A model generated the notes under the pieces. That model did not search any database and was not told where the DNA came from. It saw only the letters and a list, made by a program, of their open reading frames with translations. Positions 1-8,292 of a stretch of DNA of 42,039 nucleotides are shown one piece after another; positions within the stretch are counted from its first letter, which is position 1, and each line of letters starts with the position of its first letter. The DNA is from an uncultured Candidatus Saccharibacteria bacterium (GTDB taxonomy: Bacteria; Patescibacteriota; Minisyncoccia; Phycocordibacterales; Phycocordibacteraceae), in the NCBI GenBank assembly GCA_964434255.1, contig CAYSUL010000001.1:269683-311721 (forward strand), read 5' to 3'. Position numbers and translations under genes: made by a program.

Positions 1-54
1 GTCGGTGACGCCTTTCTGCCGCTTTATCTGAGACCACTTACTGTGTCCTGACAT
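1..54 (-). CDS. yebC: YebC/PmpR family protein, 5' end (runs off the window)
   Basis: Reverse complement of 54..1 translates to MSGHSKWSQIKRQKGVTD, the characteristic YebC N-terminus. TGcTATAGT lies 6 nt upstream of the ATG. Adjacent to ruvB, a common neighbour. Confidence 0.92.
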   Translation of the reverse strand, partial: MSGHSKWSQIKRQKGVTD

Positions 55-120
55 GTATCGACTATAGCAAAAAGCAGAGCTGCCTAGAAATCAGTGGGGT
101 TCGGTACCTGGTCTGTCAGC

Positions 121-1101
121 TTAATTATTCAAATACTCTCTACCTTTCGAGGTAAGGATACGTCCCCTCGGAGAACGCTCGATGAATCCAAGGCGCAGAA
201 GATACGGTTCGTACACGTTCTCGACGGTCTCCGGGTCTTCGTGGAGTCCGCTCGCGAGCGCACGGATACCGGCTGGCCCGCCCTTGAAGCTATCCCGCAG
301 CGTCGTGAGGTACCGACGGTCATCCTTGGTGAGGCCGAGCTCGTCGATACCGAACATCTCGCAGGCGAGGTCGCATACTTCAGGCGTAATGGGGACGTTC
401 TTCACTTCCGAATAGTCACGCACGCGTTTGAGGAGCGCGTTCGCGACTCTTGGAGTCGCGCGGCTGCGGCTCGCGATGCGATCAACGACTGCGTCATCCA
501 CCGAAAGACTGAGCACGCCAGCGGAACGCTTGATGATGCTCTTCAAGTCATCCTCGGTATAGAAATCGAGCTGGTACACGCCGCCGCCGAAGCGAGAGCG
601 GAGTGGGGAAGAGAGCTGCGCTACACGGGTGGTGGCGCCCACGAGCGTGAACGGAGGAAGTGCGAGCTCAACAGTGCGCGCTGACGGCCCCTTTCCAAGG
701 ATGATATCGAGGGAACCTGACTCAAGCGCAGGATACAGAAGCTCCTCAATCTTATGCGAGAGCTGATGTATCTCGTCGATGAACAGCACAGTGCCAGGCT
801 CAAGGTTGGTGAGGATGGCTGCGAGGTCGCCTGCGCGTTCTATCGCGACCCCGGATGTCGACTTGATAGGGGCTTCAAGTGTGTGGGCGACGAGGTGGGC
901 GAGCGTGGTCTTGCCGACGCCTGGAGGGCCATAGAAAAGGAGGTGTTCGGGCATGTCGCCACGGTTCTTGGCCGCGGTGAGCACCACCTGCACGTTCGCT
1001 TTCACGTGCCCCTGGCCTATGTATTCATCCCATAGGGTAGGGCGGAGCGCCGAATCGAGGGACTGGTCTTTTATCCGAATCGTGTCAGGGGTACTTGACA
1101 T
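121..1101 (-). CDS. ruvB: Holliday junction branch migration helicase RuvB
   Basis: LRP..WDEYIGQ, Walker A GPPGVGKTT, Walker B LFIDEIH, FTLVGATTR, EPYLLRLGFIERSPRGR. Start placed at MSSTPD (1101). Confidence 0.97.
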   Translation of the reverse strand: MSSTPDTIRIKDQSLDSALRPTLWDEYIGQGHVKANVQVVLTAAKNRGDMPEHLLFYGPPGVGKTTLAHLVAHTLEAPIKSTSGVAIERAGDLAAILTNLEPGTVLFIDEIHQLSHKIEELLYPALESGSLDIILGKGPSARTVELALPPFTLVGATTRVAQLSSPLRSRFGGGVYQLDFYTEDDLKSIIKRSAGVLSLSVDDAVVDRIASRSRATPRVANALLKRVRDYSEVKNVPITPEVCDLACEMFGIDELGLTKDDRRYLTTLRDSFKGGPAGIRALASGLHEDPETVENVYEPYLLRLGFIERSPRGRILTSKGREYLNN

Positions 1102-1122
1102 AAAATCGAGGTATGCTAGTAT
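1095..1122 (+). promoter_or_regulatory. sigma70-type promoter pointing into a non-coding region
   Basis: TTGACA (1095-1100), 16-nt spacer, TAGTAT (1117-1122) preceded by TGn. No plausible + strand CDS follows. Confidence 0.6.
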
Positions 1123-1129
1123 TCTAGCA

Positions 1130-1409
1130 CACAGGGGTCGGCCTTGTGAGAACATTCTCACCGGGCCTTTTTCTTTACCTTGGTAAGGAGGGCGGCCCCT
1201 TAGATCCTACTCATCACCCTCTAGGCAAGGCTTGACGGCTTTTGGGCTTTTCCCCAAGGACATTCTGGTACCGCACTCGTATGCGGAGCGCTGGGACACT
1301 CCTCAGGCGATTTGTTCAGTCATCCATTCGGATGATCGTGCCTGGAGGGTAATGTGCGGGATCGCGCGAGAACGTACATAAGTAAAAAGCGTCCTACGGG
1401 GCGCTTTTT
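1130..1409 (+). ncRNA. putative structured non-coding RNA, family unassigned (6S-like rod plus 5' three-way junction)
   Basis: Helix 1133-1140/1193-1200 encloses two hairpins. A long imperfect stem 1203-1227/1339-1363 encloses further hairpins. Promoter upstream and U-tailed terminator downstream. Confidence 0.6.
1384..1409 (+). terminator. intrinsic terminator, probably bidirectional
   Basis: AAAAA-GCGTCC-TACG-GGGCGC-TTTTT. The cUACGg loop and G-U pair are read on the + strand. Confidence 0.75.
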
Positions 1410-1414
1410 ACGTT

Positions 1415-3088
1415 CTAATCGCGCGGGATATCCACGATACGGAACACCTCATCGAGCGAGGTGAGACCATTAAGTGCATCGATGACGCCCTGCTGTGCCA
1501 TGGTGAGCGCTCCTTGGCGGCGCACATGCTTCGCGATGTCGTGCTCGCTTGGGTTATCGCGCAAGAACTCACCCAGCTCGTCATCCATGAATATCGCTTC
1601 GTAGAGTCCCATGCGGCCCTTGTATCCGGACGTCTCGTCTCCTTCTACAGTGTCAGGCACCCACGTCATGTCGTATGAAGCGGGGAGGAGGGACGTATCC
1701 TCGACCGTTGAGAATATCTTCTCGACGGTCTTCTTCTGCTCGTCGGTAAGGGGCACTTGCTTGCGGTGGTCGTGGTCGAGCGTGCGCACGAGACGCTGCG
1801 CCATCGCCACCGTGATTGCGGACGCGAACGTCTTCGGGTCGATACCCAGGTCGACGAGGCGCGGGAAGGTGCCCGCTGCATTATTGGTGTGGAGCGTTGA
1901 GAACACGAAGTGACCGGTGAGCGCCGCTTGAATGGCGGTCTCCGCGACTTCCGCATCACGTATCTCGCCCACCATGATGACGTCAGGGTCCTGGCGCAGA
2001 ATGGAACGCAGTCCGGCCGCGAAGGTGTAGTCCTTATGGTTCACCTGCGTCTGCACGATGCCGGGGATGTGGTACTCCACCGGGTCCTCGATAGTGATTA
2101 TTTTTATATCAGGCGTGTGGAGGTATTTAAGGAATGCATACAGCGTCGTCGTCTTACCCGAGCCGGTAGGGCCGGTTGTAAGGAGCATTCCGTTCGGGCG
2201 CTTGAGTTCGACGGCGAGCTTCGCGAGTATCTTCTCGTGGATGCCGAGGCCCTCGAAGGATATGGAAAGTGTATTGGGGTTCAGGATACGCATGACGATC
2301 GATTCGCCGTACGCGCCCGGGATGACCGAAGTACGCACCTCTATCTCGTTGTTCACTACGATGGAGAAGCGGCCATCCTGCGCACGGTCCTTGATGTTGA
2401 GCTTGAGCCCCGAAAGGAGCTTGATGCGCGACGCGAGGAGCTCGTATCCGTGAGGATCGAACATGAACACATCGGTCAGGAGTCCATCGATGCGCAGGCG
2501 CAGGCGTATCCCAGCCTCCTCAGGTTCTATATGGATATCGGAAGCGCGCATGGAGAGCGCGGCCGCGAGCAATTGCTCCAATATCCTCGAGGTCTGCGCG
2601 CGATGGCCCACCTCCATGCTCTTGGTGAGGTTGTCGCGGAGCGCCGCGATATCGGTGAGCTTGTTGGTGAGCTCGTGGATCTCCTCGCTCTTGATATCGA
2701 ACATGCCCGCCCTATCCTCGTGGGCATAGGAGAGGTCTGCGTAACGGGAAAGTGCCTTCTCGAGGCTCTTCCTTGAAGCGAGGAACTTCTCGATGATGAG
2801 GCCCTGCGCTTCGAGATCGCTCACCACCTTCGCGAGCGCGATGTTCTCGGGGTTCTGTATCGCGAGCGAGACATGCTTGCCGTTCTTGTCGAATGCGACC
2901 ACTTCCGCTTCCTTTGCTTGCGCCTCCGGGATGATGCGAAGCGCATCCATATTCACCGGCACTACCGAAAGGTCGGTATAGGGAAGTCCATGCTTCTCGG
3001 AGAGTATCTGGGCGAGGTCCTCCTCCTCTTTCTCGCGGACGGACGCGAGCTTCGCGTCCTCCGCATCGGTGTCGAAATGAGCCGGCAT
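1415..3088 (-). CDS. pilB: type IV pilus assembly / type II secretion ATPase (PilB/GspE family)
   Basis: ASDIHIEP, AQDGRF, Walker A GPTGSGKTTT, ITIEDPVEY, LRQDPDVIMVGEIRD, TGHFVFSTLHTN. Start at MPAHFD, 9 nt after TGcTACTAT. Confidence 0.92.
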   Translation of the reverse strand: MPAHFDTDAEDAKLASVREKEEEDLAQILSEKHGLPYTDLSVVPVNMDALRIIPEAQAKEAEVVAFDKNGKHVSLAIQNPENIALAKVVSDLEAQGLIIEKFLASRKSLEKALSRYADLSYAHEDRAGMFDIKSEEIHELTNKLTDIAALRDNLTKSMEVGHRAQTSRILEQLLAAALSMRASDIHIEPEEAGIRLRLRIDGLLTDVFMFDPHGYELLASRIKLLSGLKLNIKDRAQDGRFSIVVNNEIEVRTSVIPGAYGESIVMRILNPNTLSISFEGLGIHEKILAKLAVELKRPNGMLLTTGPTGSGKTTTLYAFLKYLHTPDIKIITIEDPVEYHIPGIVQTQVNHKDYTFAAGLRSILRQDPDVIMVGEIRDAEVAETAIQAALTGHFVFSTLHTNNAAGTFPRLVDLGIDPKTFASAITVAMAQRLVRTLDHDHRKQVPLTDEQKKTVEKIFSTVEDTSLLPASYDMTWVPDTVEGDETSGYKGRMGLYEAIFMDDELGEFLRDNPSEHDIAKHVRRQGALTMAQQGVIDALNGLTSLDEVFRIVDIPRD

Positions 3089-3128
3089 ATAGGCCATATA
3101 GTAGCACCCTGCAGAAAGGGCTAGGCTA

Positions 3129-3157
3129 TTGACATTTACTGTATATTTTGCTATACT
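3129..3157 (+). promoter_or_regulatory. near-consensus sigma70 promoter
   Basis: TTGACA-N17-TATACT with TGn extension, upstream of the ORF at 3192. Confidence 0.75.
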
Positions 3158-3191
3158 ACACCCCAGTAACCAAGCAATCAGGAGACTCATC

Positions 3192-3926
3192 ATGCGCCTT
3201 CGCGCTCTTCTTGGCGTTCCTTCCATCGCCATAATCGCCACCATCGCGTTCGGCGGTACCGCGTCGGCAGAATGCTTCAAATCCTTCTCGGGCAAGTATC
3301 CGAAAGAGTACCCGAAAGGGTGCCCGAAATCGATTACGGCTCCGGCCACGCCTACTGTCCACCCGCAACCGCGTCAGCTCGCGTTCACGGAAAGCCCGAC
3401 CGACGACCAACGGCCCGTTTCGCGCTCGAGCGGCATCACTCCGCTCGAGGAGTACCGGATTTCCGAATCCTCTGCGACGCCGACGAGCTACTACCGGGAA
3501 CCGCCTTCGTTGGCCTATCCCGAGCCCGTCCGTGTCGCAAGCGACTATCGCGGTTATAACCGCGGAGGGTACGGCGGCTACGCGAGCAATGTCGGATGCG
3601 GATTCAATCTGCAATCGAACATGTGCCAAACGCCTGACGGTCGCGACTACGGCTACAGCGGTCAACGCGACTACGGCTACGGTCGGTACGGCAGTTCCGG
3701 ATCGCGGTTCTATGGTGGCGTCGTGTGGCCGTTCCCGTACGAGAAGTACGGCGACCAGTGCCCGCCGGCGCCACCCAACACCAGAGCGCCCCGCGGCTAC
3801 AAGTGGCACTGCGAACGCGGCTTGACCGTCCAATACGGCGGCTACGTGGTCAAAGGCTCCGAGCACGTGAAGAGCCTCGCCATCACCGCCGGCGCGCTCG
3901 CTGCCCTCGCTGCAGCGAGCCGCTAG
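3192..3926 (+). CDS. hypothetical secreted Gly/Tyr/Pro-rich protein
   Basis: AGGAGA Shine-Dalgarno before the ATG, signal peptide ending A-S-A, own promoter and downstream terminator. No recognisable family. Confidence 0.7.
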   Translation: MRLRALLGVPSIAIIATIAFGGTASAECFKSFSGKYPKEYPKGCPKSITAPATPTVHPQPRQLAFTESPTDDQRPVSRSSGITPLEEYRISESSATPTSYYREPPSLAYPEPVRVASDYRGYNRGGYGGYASNVGCGFNLQSNMCQTPDGRDYGYSGQRDYGYGRYGSSGSRFYGGVVWPFPYEKYGDQCPPAPPNTRAPRGYKWHCERGLTVQYGGYVVKGSEHVKSLAITAGALAALAAASR

Positions 3927-3939
3927 GCATCTGAACACT

Positions 3940-3974
3940 GTGCCCGCTTCCCCCTGGGGAGCGGGCGCTTTTTT
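3940..3974 (+). terminator. intrinsic terminator
   Basis: GTGCCCGCTTCCC-cct-GGGGAGCGGGCGC followed by T6. Confidence 0.7.
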
Positions 3975-3993
3975 ATATTGGTACAATCCGGGC

Positions 3994-4431
3994 ATGGGAA
4001 AGAAGCTCCAGAACCTCGACGAACTCACGCACGAAGCCAGGGTGCTATCCGAGCGTCTTGTCCCGAAGGCCAGCGGCGCGACTCTCGTTACGCTCTCGGG
4101 CGAGCTCGGGGCGGGGAAGACCTCGTTCACGCAGGCGCTCGCGAAGGCATACGGCATCGAGGAGCATGTGACGAGCCCGACATTCGTACTTGAGAAGGTG
4201 TATCAGCTCGCGAAGGATAAGTCGTTCAGGCGGTTGGTACACATCGATGCATATCGTTTGAAGAGCGGAGAAGAGCTCAGCGCTCTTGGTTGGGACGAGC
4301 TTATGAAAGACGCGCGAACGCTCGTAGTACTCGAGTGGCCAGAGATGGTCGCCGACGGACTACCGAAAGCGGACATCGCGATATTGCTTACGGTAGAACC
4401 GGACCAGTCCCGCACCATTGCCTATGCCTAA
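3994..4431 (+). CDS. tsaE: tRNA threonylcarbamoyladenosine biosynthesis ATPase TsaE
   Basis: LSGELGAGKTSF, VTSPTFVL, HIDAYRL, VLEWPE. Confidence 0.95.
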   Translation: MGKKLQNLDELTHEARVLSERLVPKASGATLVTLSGELGAGKTSFTQALAKAYGIEEHVTSPTFVLEKVYQLAKDKSFRRLVHIDAYRLKSGEELSALGWDELMKDARTLVVLEWPEMVADGLPKADIAILLTVEPDQSRTIAYA

Positions 4432-6838
4432 GAAGACCACGGACAAGACCCGGCTCGTCGTTCTTGATGCGCACGCCATAATCCACCGGGCGTATCATGC
4501 GCTCCCGGAATTCACGGGGCCCGACGGTGAACCGACTGGAGCCTTGTACGGACTCTCCTCGATGCTTCTGCGCATCATGAGCGAGCTCAAGCCGGACCAC
4601 ATCGTTGCGGCGTACGACCTTGCGGGCCCCACCGTGCGTCACGAGGCATATGCGGAATACAAGGGGACGCGCGCGAAGACCGATGATGCGCTCATCAAGC
4701 AGCTCACGACCTCGCGCGATGTGTTCGAAGCGTTCTCCGTGCCTATATACGAGCGCGCTGGCTTCGAAGCGGATGATGTCATCGGCACCATCGTGAAGAT
4801 GCTCGAGAAAGACAAAGAGATAGAGATAATCATCGCATCGGGCGATATGGATACGATGCAGCTCATCACGGGCAAGCAGGTGCAGGTGTACACGCTCAAG
4901 AAAGGCCTGAACGACACGATTCTGTACGACGAGAAAGCAGTCGAGGAGCGTTACGGATTCCTACCGAAACTCATCGCGGACTATAAGGGCCTGCGCGGCG
5001 ACCCGTCCGACAACATCAAGGGCGTGCCTGGTATCGGCGAGAAGACTGCGACCGAGCTTATCCAGAAGTTCGGCACGGTCGAGGATATATACAAGGCGCT
5101 TAAGAAGAGCGAGACCTCATTCATCGAAGCGGGCATAAAGCCTCGTATCGTGAAGCTACTCATCGAGCATGAGGAGGATGCCCGTTTCTCGAAGAGCCTG
5201 GCGACGATACGCATGGACGCGCCCATCGCGTTCCATCTTCCGGAGAAGGACTGGAACGAGTGCGTGTCGCTCCCGGTCATCGCCGCATTGTTCGATAGGT
5301 TCGGCTTCCGGTCGCTCCGTCCTCGTGCGCAGGCGCTCTTCGGGAAGGACGGCACGGACGACGATTTCCTCGACGACGGCCCGCTCGAAGACGAGGAGTC
5401 TATCGCATCCGACCGGCTCGCCGAAGCGAAGGTCATGCTCTTCCTGCTCCATTCGGACTTCACGAACCCATCGCTCGATGACGTGCTCGCGTATACCAAG
5501 GCGAAGAACTTCGAAGAGGCATATGAAACCCTATCGAAGAGTATTGCTACTACCGGAAGGCTCAAGGAGGTATACGATTCCATCGAGCGTCCGCTCATCG
5601 ATATCGTGCGGGAGATGGGGGAGTGCGGCGTGAAGATAGACCGCAAGGTGCTCGAGGGACTGCGCGCCACGTATCGCAAGGAGCTCGAGAAGATAGAGAA
5701 GGGTATCTATACAATGGCAGGGCATGAGTTCAATGTCTCGTCACCCAAGCAGCTCGGTGACGTGCTCTTCGATGAGCTCGGGCTCGTGACGAAGGGACAG
5801 AAGAAGACCGCGGGCGGGCAGCGCTCGACGAAAGAGTCCGAGCTCGAGAAGATACGGGAGCTCCATCCCATCGTCGACGAAGTGCTCAAATACCGCGGGC
5901 TCATGAAGCTGCTCGGTACCTATATAGAAGCAATCCCGCCGCTGCTTGATAGCGAGGACCGCCTCCATGCGGAATTCCTGCAGACGGGCGCGATCACGGG
6001 CCGCATGGCGAGCCAGAACCCAGGTCTCCAGAACATTCCTATTCGTACGCCCGAGGGCCGCGCCATCCGTAACGCGTTCATCGCGCGCGACGGGTTCACG
6101 CTCGTCGCGCTCGACTATTCGCAGATAGAGCTTCGCATCGCCGCCATCCTTTCGAAGGACGAGAAACTCGGTGATATCTTCCGCTCCGGGCGCGACGTGC
6201 ACCAGGAAGTAGCAGCTGCGGTGTTCGCGGTCGAGCCCGCGAACGTGGACCGTGAGATGCGTCGCCGCGCGAAGATAATCAACTTCGGCATCCTCTATGG
6301 CATGGGCGTGAATTCGCTCCGTACCCAGCTCGGCGTATCGACCGCAGAAGCGCACCAATTCCACGAGGACTATTTCCGTACATTCGATACGCTCGCGAAG
6401 TATCTCGAGTCCACCCGCGGATTCGCGCGCAAGAACGGATACACGGAGACATTGTTCGGACGCCGCCGCCAGTTCCCCGAGATGAAGTCACCGCTTCCAT
6501 ACGTCCGTGCTCAGGCCGAACGCATGGCCATCAACGCACCGATACAGGGAACGCAGGCAGACATTATCAAGCGCGCGATGGTGGAGGTGGACACCATGCT
6601 CCGCAAGGAAGGGAGGCGCGAGGACGCGCACTTGCTTCTCCAGGTGCATGACGAATTGGTGTACGAGATACGCGACGGGTTCGTGAGCGAGCTCGCGCCG
6701 AAGATCAAGAAGATCATGGAGGACGCCCTATCCGGAAAGGAGGCCGAGGGCGTGCCCATCATCGCGGAAGGGAAGGTGGGGAAGAACTGGGGCGAGATGT
6801 CCCCACTTGGGGAATGGTCTCCACCCCCAGGCGGGTAG
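4424..6838 (+). CDS. polA: DNA polymerase I (5' nuclease plus polymerase, proofreading domain largely deleted)
   Basis: LDAHAIIHRAYHA, FEADDVIGT, GDPSDNIKGVPGIGEKTA, TGRMAS..PGLQNIP, DYSQIELR, KIINFGILYG, LQVHDEL. Confidence 0.97.
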   Translation: MPKKTTDKTRLVVLDAHAIIHRAYHALPEFTGPDGEPTGALYGLSSMLLRIMSELKPDHIVAAYDLAGPTVRHEAYAEYKGTRAKTDDALIKQLTTSRDVFEAFSVPIYERAGFEADDVIGTIVKMLEKDKEIEIIIASGDMDTMQLITGKQVQVYTLKKGLNDTILYDEKAVEERYGFLPKLIADYKGLRGDPSDNIKGVPGIGEKTATELIQKFGTVEDIYKALKKSETSFIEAGIKPRIVKLLIEHEEDARFSKSLATIRMDAPIAFHLPEKDWNECVSLPVIAALFDRFGFRSLRPRAQALFGKDGTDDDFLDDGPLEDEESIASDRLAEAKVMLFLLHSDFTNPSLDDVLAYTKAKNFEEAYETLSKSIATTGRLKEVYDSIERPLIDIVREMGECGVKIDRKVLEGLRATYRKELEKIEKGIYTMAGHEFNVSSPKQLGDVLFDELGLVTKGQKKTAGGQRSTKESELEKIRELHPIVDEVLKYRGLMKLLGTYIEAIPPLLDSEDRLHAEFLQTGAITGRMASQNPGLQNIPIRTPEGRAIRNAFIARDGFTLVALDYSQIELRIAAILSKDEKLGDIFRSGRDVHQEVAAAVFAVEPANVDREMRRRAKIINFGILYGMGVNSLRTQLGVSTAEAHQFHEDYFRTFDTLAKYLESTRGFARKNGYTETLFGRRRQFPEMKSPLPYVRAQAERMAINAPIQGTQADIIKRAMVEVDTMLRKEGRREDAHLLLQVHDELVYEIRDGFVSELAPKIKKIMEDALSGKEAEGVPIIAEGKVGKNWGEMSPLGEWSPPPGG

Positions 6839-6880
6839 ATACTTACGGGGGGAGTAACAGCTAGTTCGGGGAGGAAGACT

Positions 6881-7021
6881 ATGACCGGCGTTCCTATCGC
6901 GGGCTCGGTGTCTCGCAAGACTACTGGCAATCGCTTGCCGCCCGCCATCGGGCTCGGTGTCGGGGCCGGTGCGAGCCTCATGCTCTGGGCGCTGATTATC
7001 GCAGCCTTCAGGGCGTTCTAG
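6881..7021 (+). CDS. putative small membrane protein (46 aa)
   Basis: GGGGAGG Shine-Dalgarno, then MTGVPIAGSVSRKTTGNRLPPAIGLGVGAGASLMLWALIIAAFRAF*. Followed by a terminator at 7042-7067. Confidence 0.5.
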   Translation: MTGVPIAGSVSRKTTGNRLPPAIGLGVGAGASLMLWALIIAAFRAF

Positions 7022-7041
7022 AAAGCCAGGTTTCAATATGG

Positions 7042-7067
7042 AAAGGCGCCCGTAAGGGTGCCTTTTT
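7042..7067 (+). terminator. intrinsic terminator
   Basis: AAAGGCGCCC-GTAA-GGGTGCCTTTTT with a GNRA-type loop. Confidence 0.7.
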
Positions 7068-7088
7068 CCGTTCCTATATACTACGGAG

Positions 7089-7736
7089 GTGATCTACCTC
7101 TTCCACGGAAGCGATGCGAATAAAGTGCGAGCGAAGGCATTCGCGTGGGTAGCCGCTGCGCGCGCCAAGGCGCCGGAGGCCGCGTACATTCGCATATCCG
7201 CCGACCAGGTAAGCGCGAGCTCGCTCCTTGAGGCGCTTTCCTCGCAGGGTCTCTTCTTCACGAAGACTCTCGTGCTGCTCGACGACCCGTTCGCCCTTAG
7301 CGAGTCTGGCGAGACCGTGCTCGAGCACATCGACCTGCTTGCCGCATCCGCTAATCCGGTCGCGGTGCTTGCGCCGAAGCTTCTTGCTGCGCGCGCGAAG
7401 AAGCTCGAGGCCGTAGCGGAGAAGACCTTCAAGATAGACGCGGTCGCTTCGAAGGATCGCGGGTTCAATAGCTCGCTCGTGAATGCGCTCGCAGCGAAGG
7501 ACAATGCCGCGCTATGGAAAGAAATCGTTAAGGCCACGCGCGCAGGCGACGCTCCCGAGGCAGTGCATGGCCTCCTTCATTGGAAGGCGCGTGACCTGAT
7601 GCAGAAGGGAGGGCGCGAGTGGAACAAGGAAGAGGCGAGAGCGCTCTCGCTCTCCCTTATCGAGCTCCTTTCGGATTCAAGGGGGCGAGACCTTCCGCTC
7701 CCGCTCGCTCTTGAGCGGTTCGCGCTCGCGCTATAA
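7089..7736 (+). CDS. holA: DNA polymerase III delta subunit-like protein (shortened HolA)
   Basis: MIYLFHGSD N-terminus, SQGLFFTKTLVLLD, C-terminal LPLALERFAL typical of delta. Only 215 aa. Confidence 0.65.
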   Translation: MIYLFHGSDANKVRAKAFAWVAAARAKAPEAAYIRISADQVSASSLLEALSSQGLFFTKTLVLLDDPFALSESGETVLEHIDLLAASANPVAVLAPKLLAARAKKLEAVAEKTFKIDAVASKDRGFNSSLVNALAAKDNAALWKEIVKATRAGDAPEAVHGLLHWKARDLMQKGGREWNKEEARALSLSLIELLSDSRGRDLPLPLALERFALAL

Positions 7737-7745
7737 TCCAAACAT

Positions 7746-8150
7746 ATGAACAAGACACTTATCGCAGTTATCATCCTCGCGCTCGTGGCCGCCGGCCTGT
7801 ACGTGGTACTTACTAAATACCCCCGTCAGCAGGTGTCGGAAATGGCACCTGAAGAGCAGGTCGCATCTGAAGATCGCGCAGCGAGCGGTACCGTCGTATC
7901 GGTGAATACTGAACAGGCCATGGTGGACGGTCCAGTACTTGTGACTATCCTCAGCGAGACCGAAGGCGTCGCCGTCATTGCGATACCCTCCATGGGGCTA
8001 CCGACCTGCGCCGCACGTGCCAATATGGCGGACGCATTCGCGCTCATGGCAGGAGATTACGTAGAGGTGCGCGGAAGCATCGGGGAGGAGGGGATGATAA
8101 TCCCGTGCATGTCGACCGAGCATTACCTGCGCGTCATAGCACCGATGTAA
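7746..8150 (+). CDS. hypothetical membrane-anchored protein
   Basis: N-terminal transmembrane helix. TATAAT 8 nt before the ATG and a terminator after the stop. Confidence 0.7.
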   Translation: MNKTLIAVIILALVAAGLYVVLTKYPRQQVSEMAPEEQVASEDRAASGTVVSVNTEQAMVDGPVLVTILSETEGVAVIAIPSMGLPTCAARANMADAFALMAGDYVEVRGSIGEEGMIIPCMSTEHYLRVIAPM

Positions 8151-8161
8151 TCCACGTTAGG

Positions 8162-8198
8162 AATGAAAACACCTCGCTCTACGCGAGGTGTTTTCATT
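8162..8198. terminator. bidirectional terminator
   Basis: Perfect 16-bp inverted repeat AATGAAAACACCTCGC/GCGAGGTGTTTTCATT between a convergent gene and tRNA. Confidence 0.75.
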
Positions 8199-8201
8199 TT
8201 G

Positions 8202-8274
8202 TGCGCCCGCCTGGGCTCGAACCAGGGACCGTCTCCTTAAAAGGGAGCTGCTCTACCGACTGAGCTACGGGCGC
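8202..8274 (-). tRNA. tRNA-Lys(TTT)
   Basis: GCGCCCG-TAGCTCAGTCGGTAGAGC...CT-TTT-AA...GGTTCGAGCCC...CGGGCGC-A cloverleaf. CCA not encoded. Confidence 0.95.
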
Positions 8275-8292
8275 AGTCCAAAAGTTATATCC

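Noticed and set aside
1290-1310. Minus-strand GAGGAGTGTCC resembling the RNase P RNA motif GAGGAAAGTCC
   Set aside because: No matching 3' P4 partner (…CGGCTTA-like) downstream, and the promoter and terminator favour the + strand.
3089-3349. 87-aa N-terminal extension of PilB given by the ORF track
   Set aside because: It overlaps the divergent promoter and the 3192 gene. A -10 box 9 nt before ATG 3088 marks the likelier start.
3156-4157. 333-aa minus-strand ORF and the many other long antisense ORFs in the track
   Set aside because: Shadow frames of GC-rich genes with no recognisable motifs, overlapping well-supported genes.
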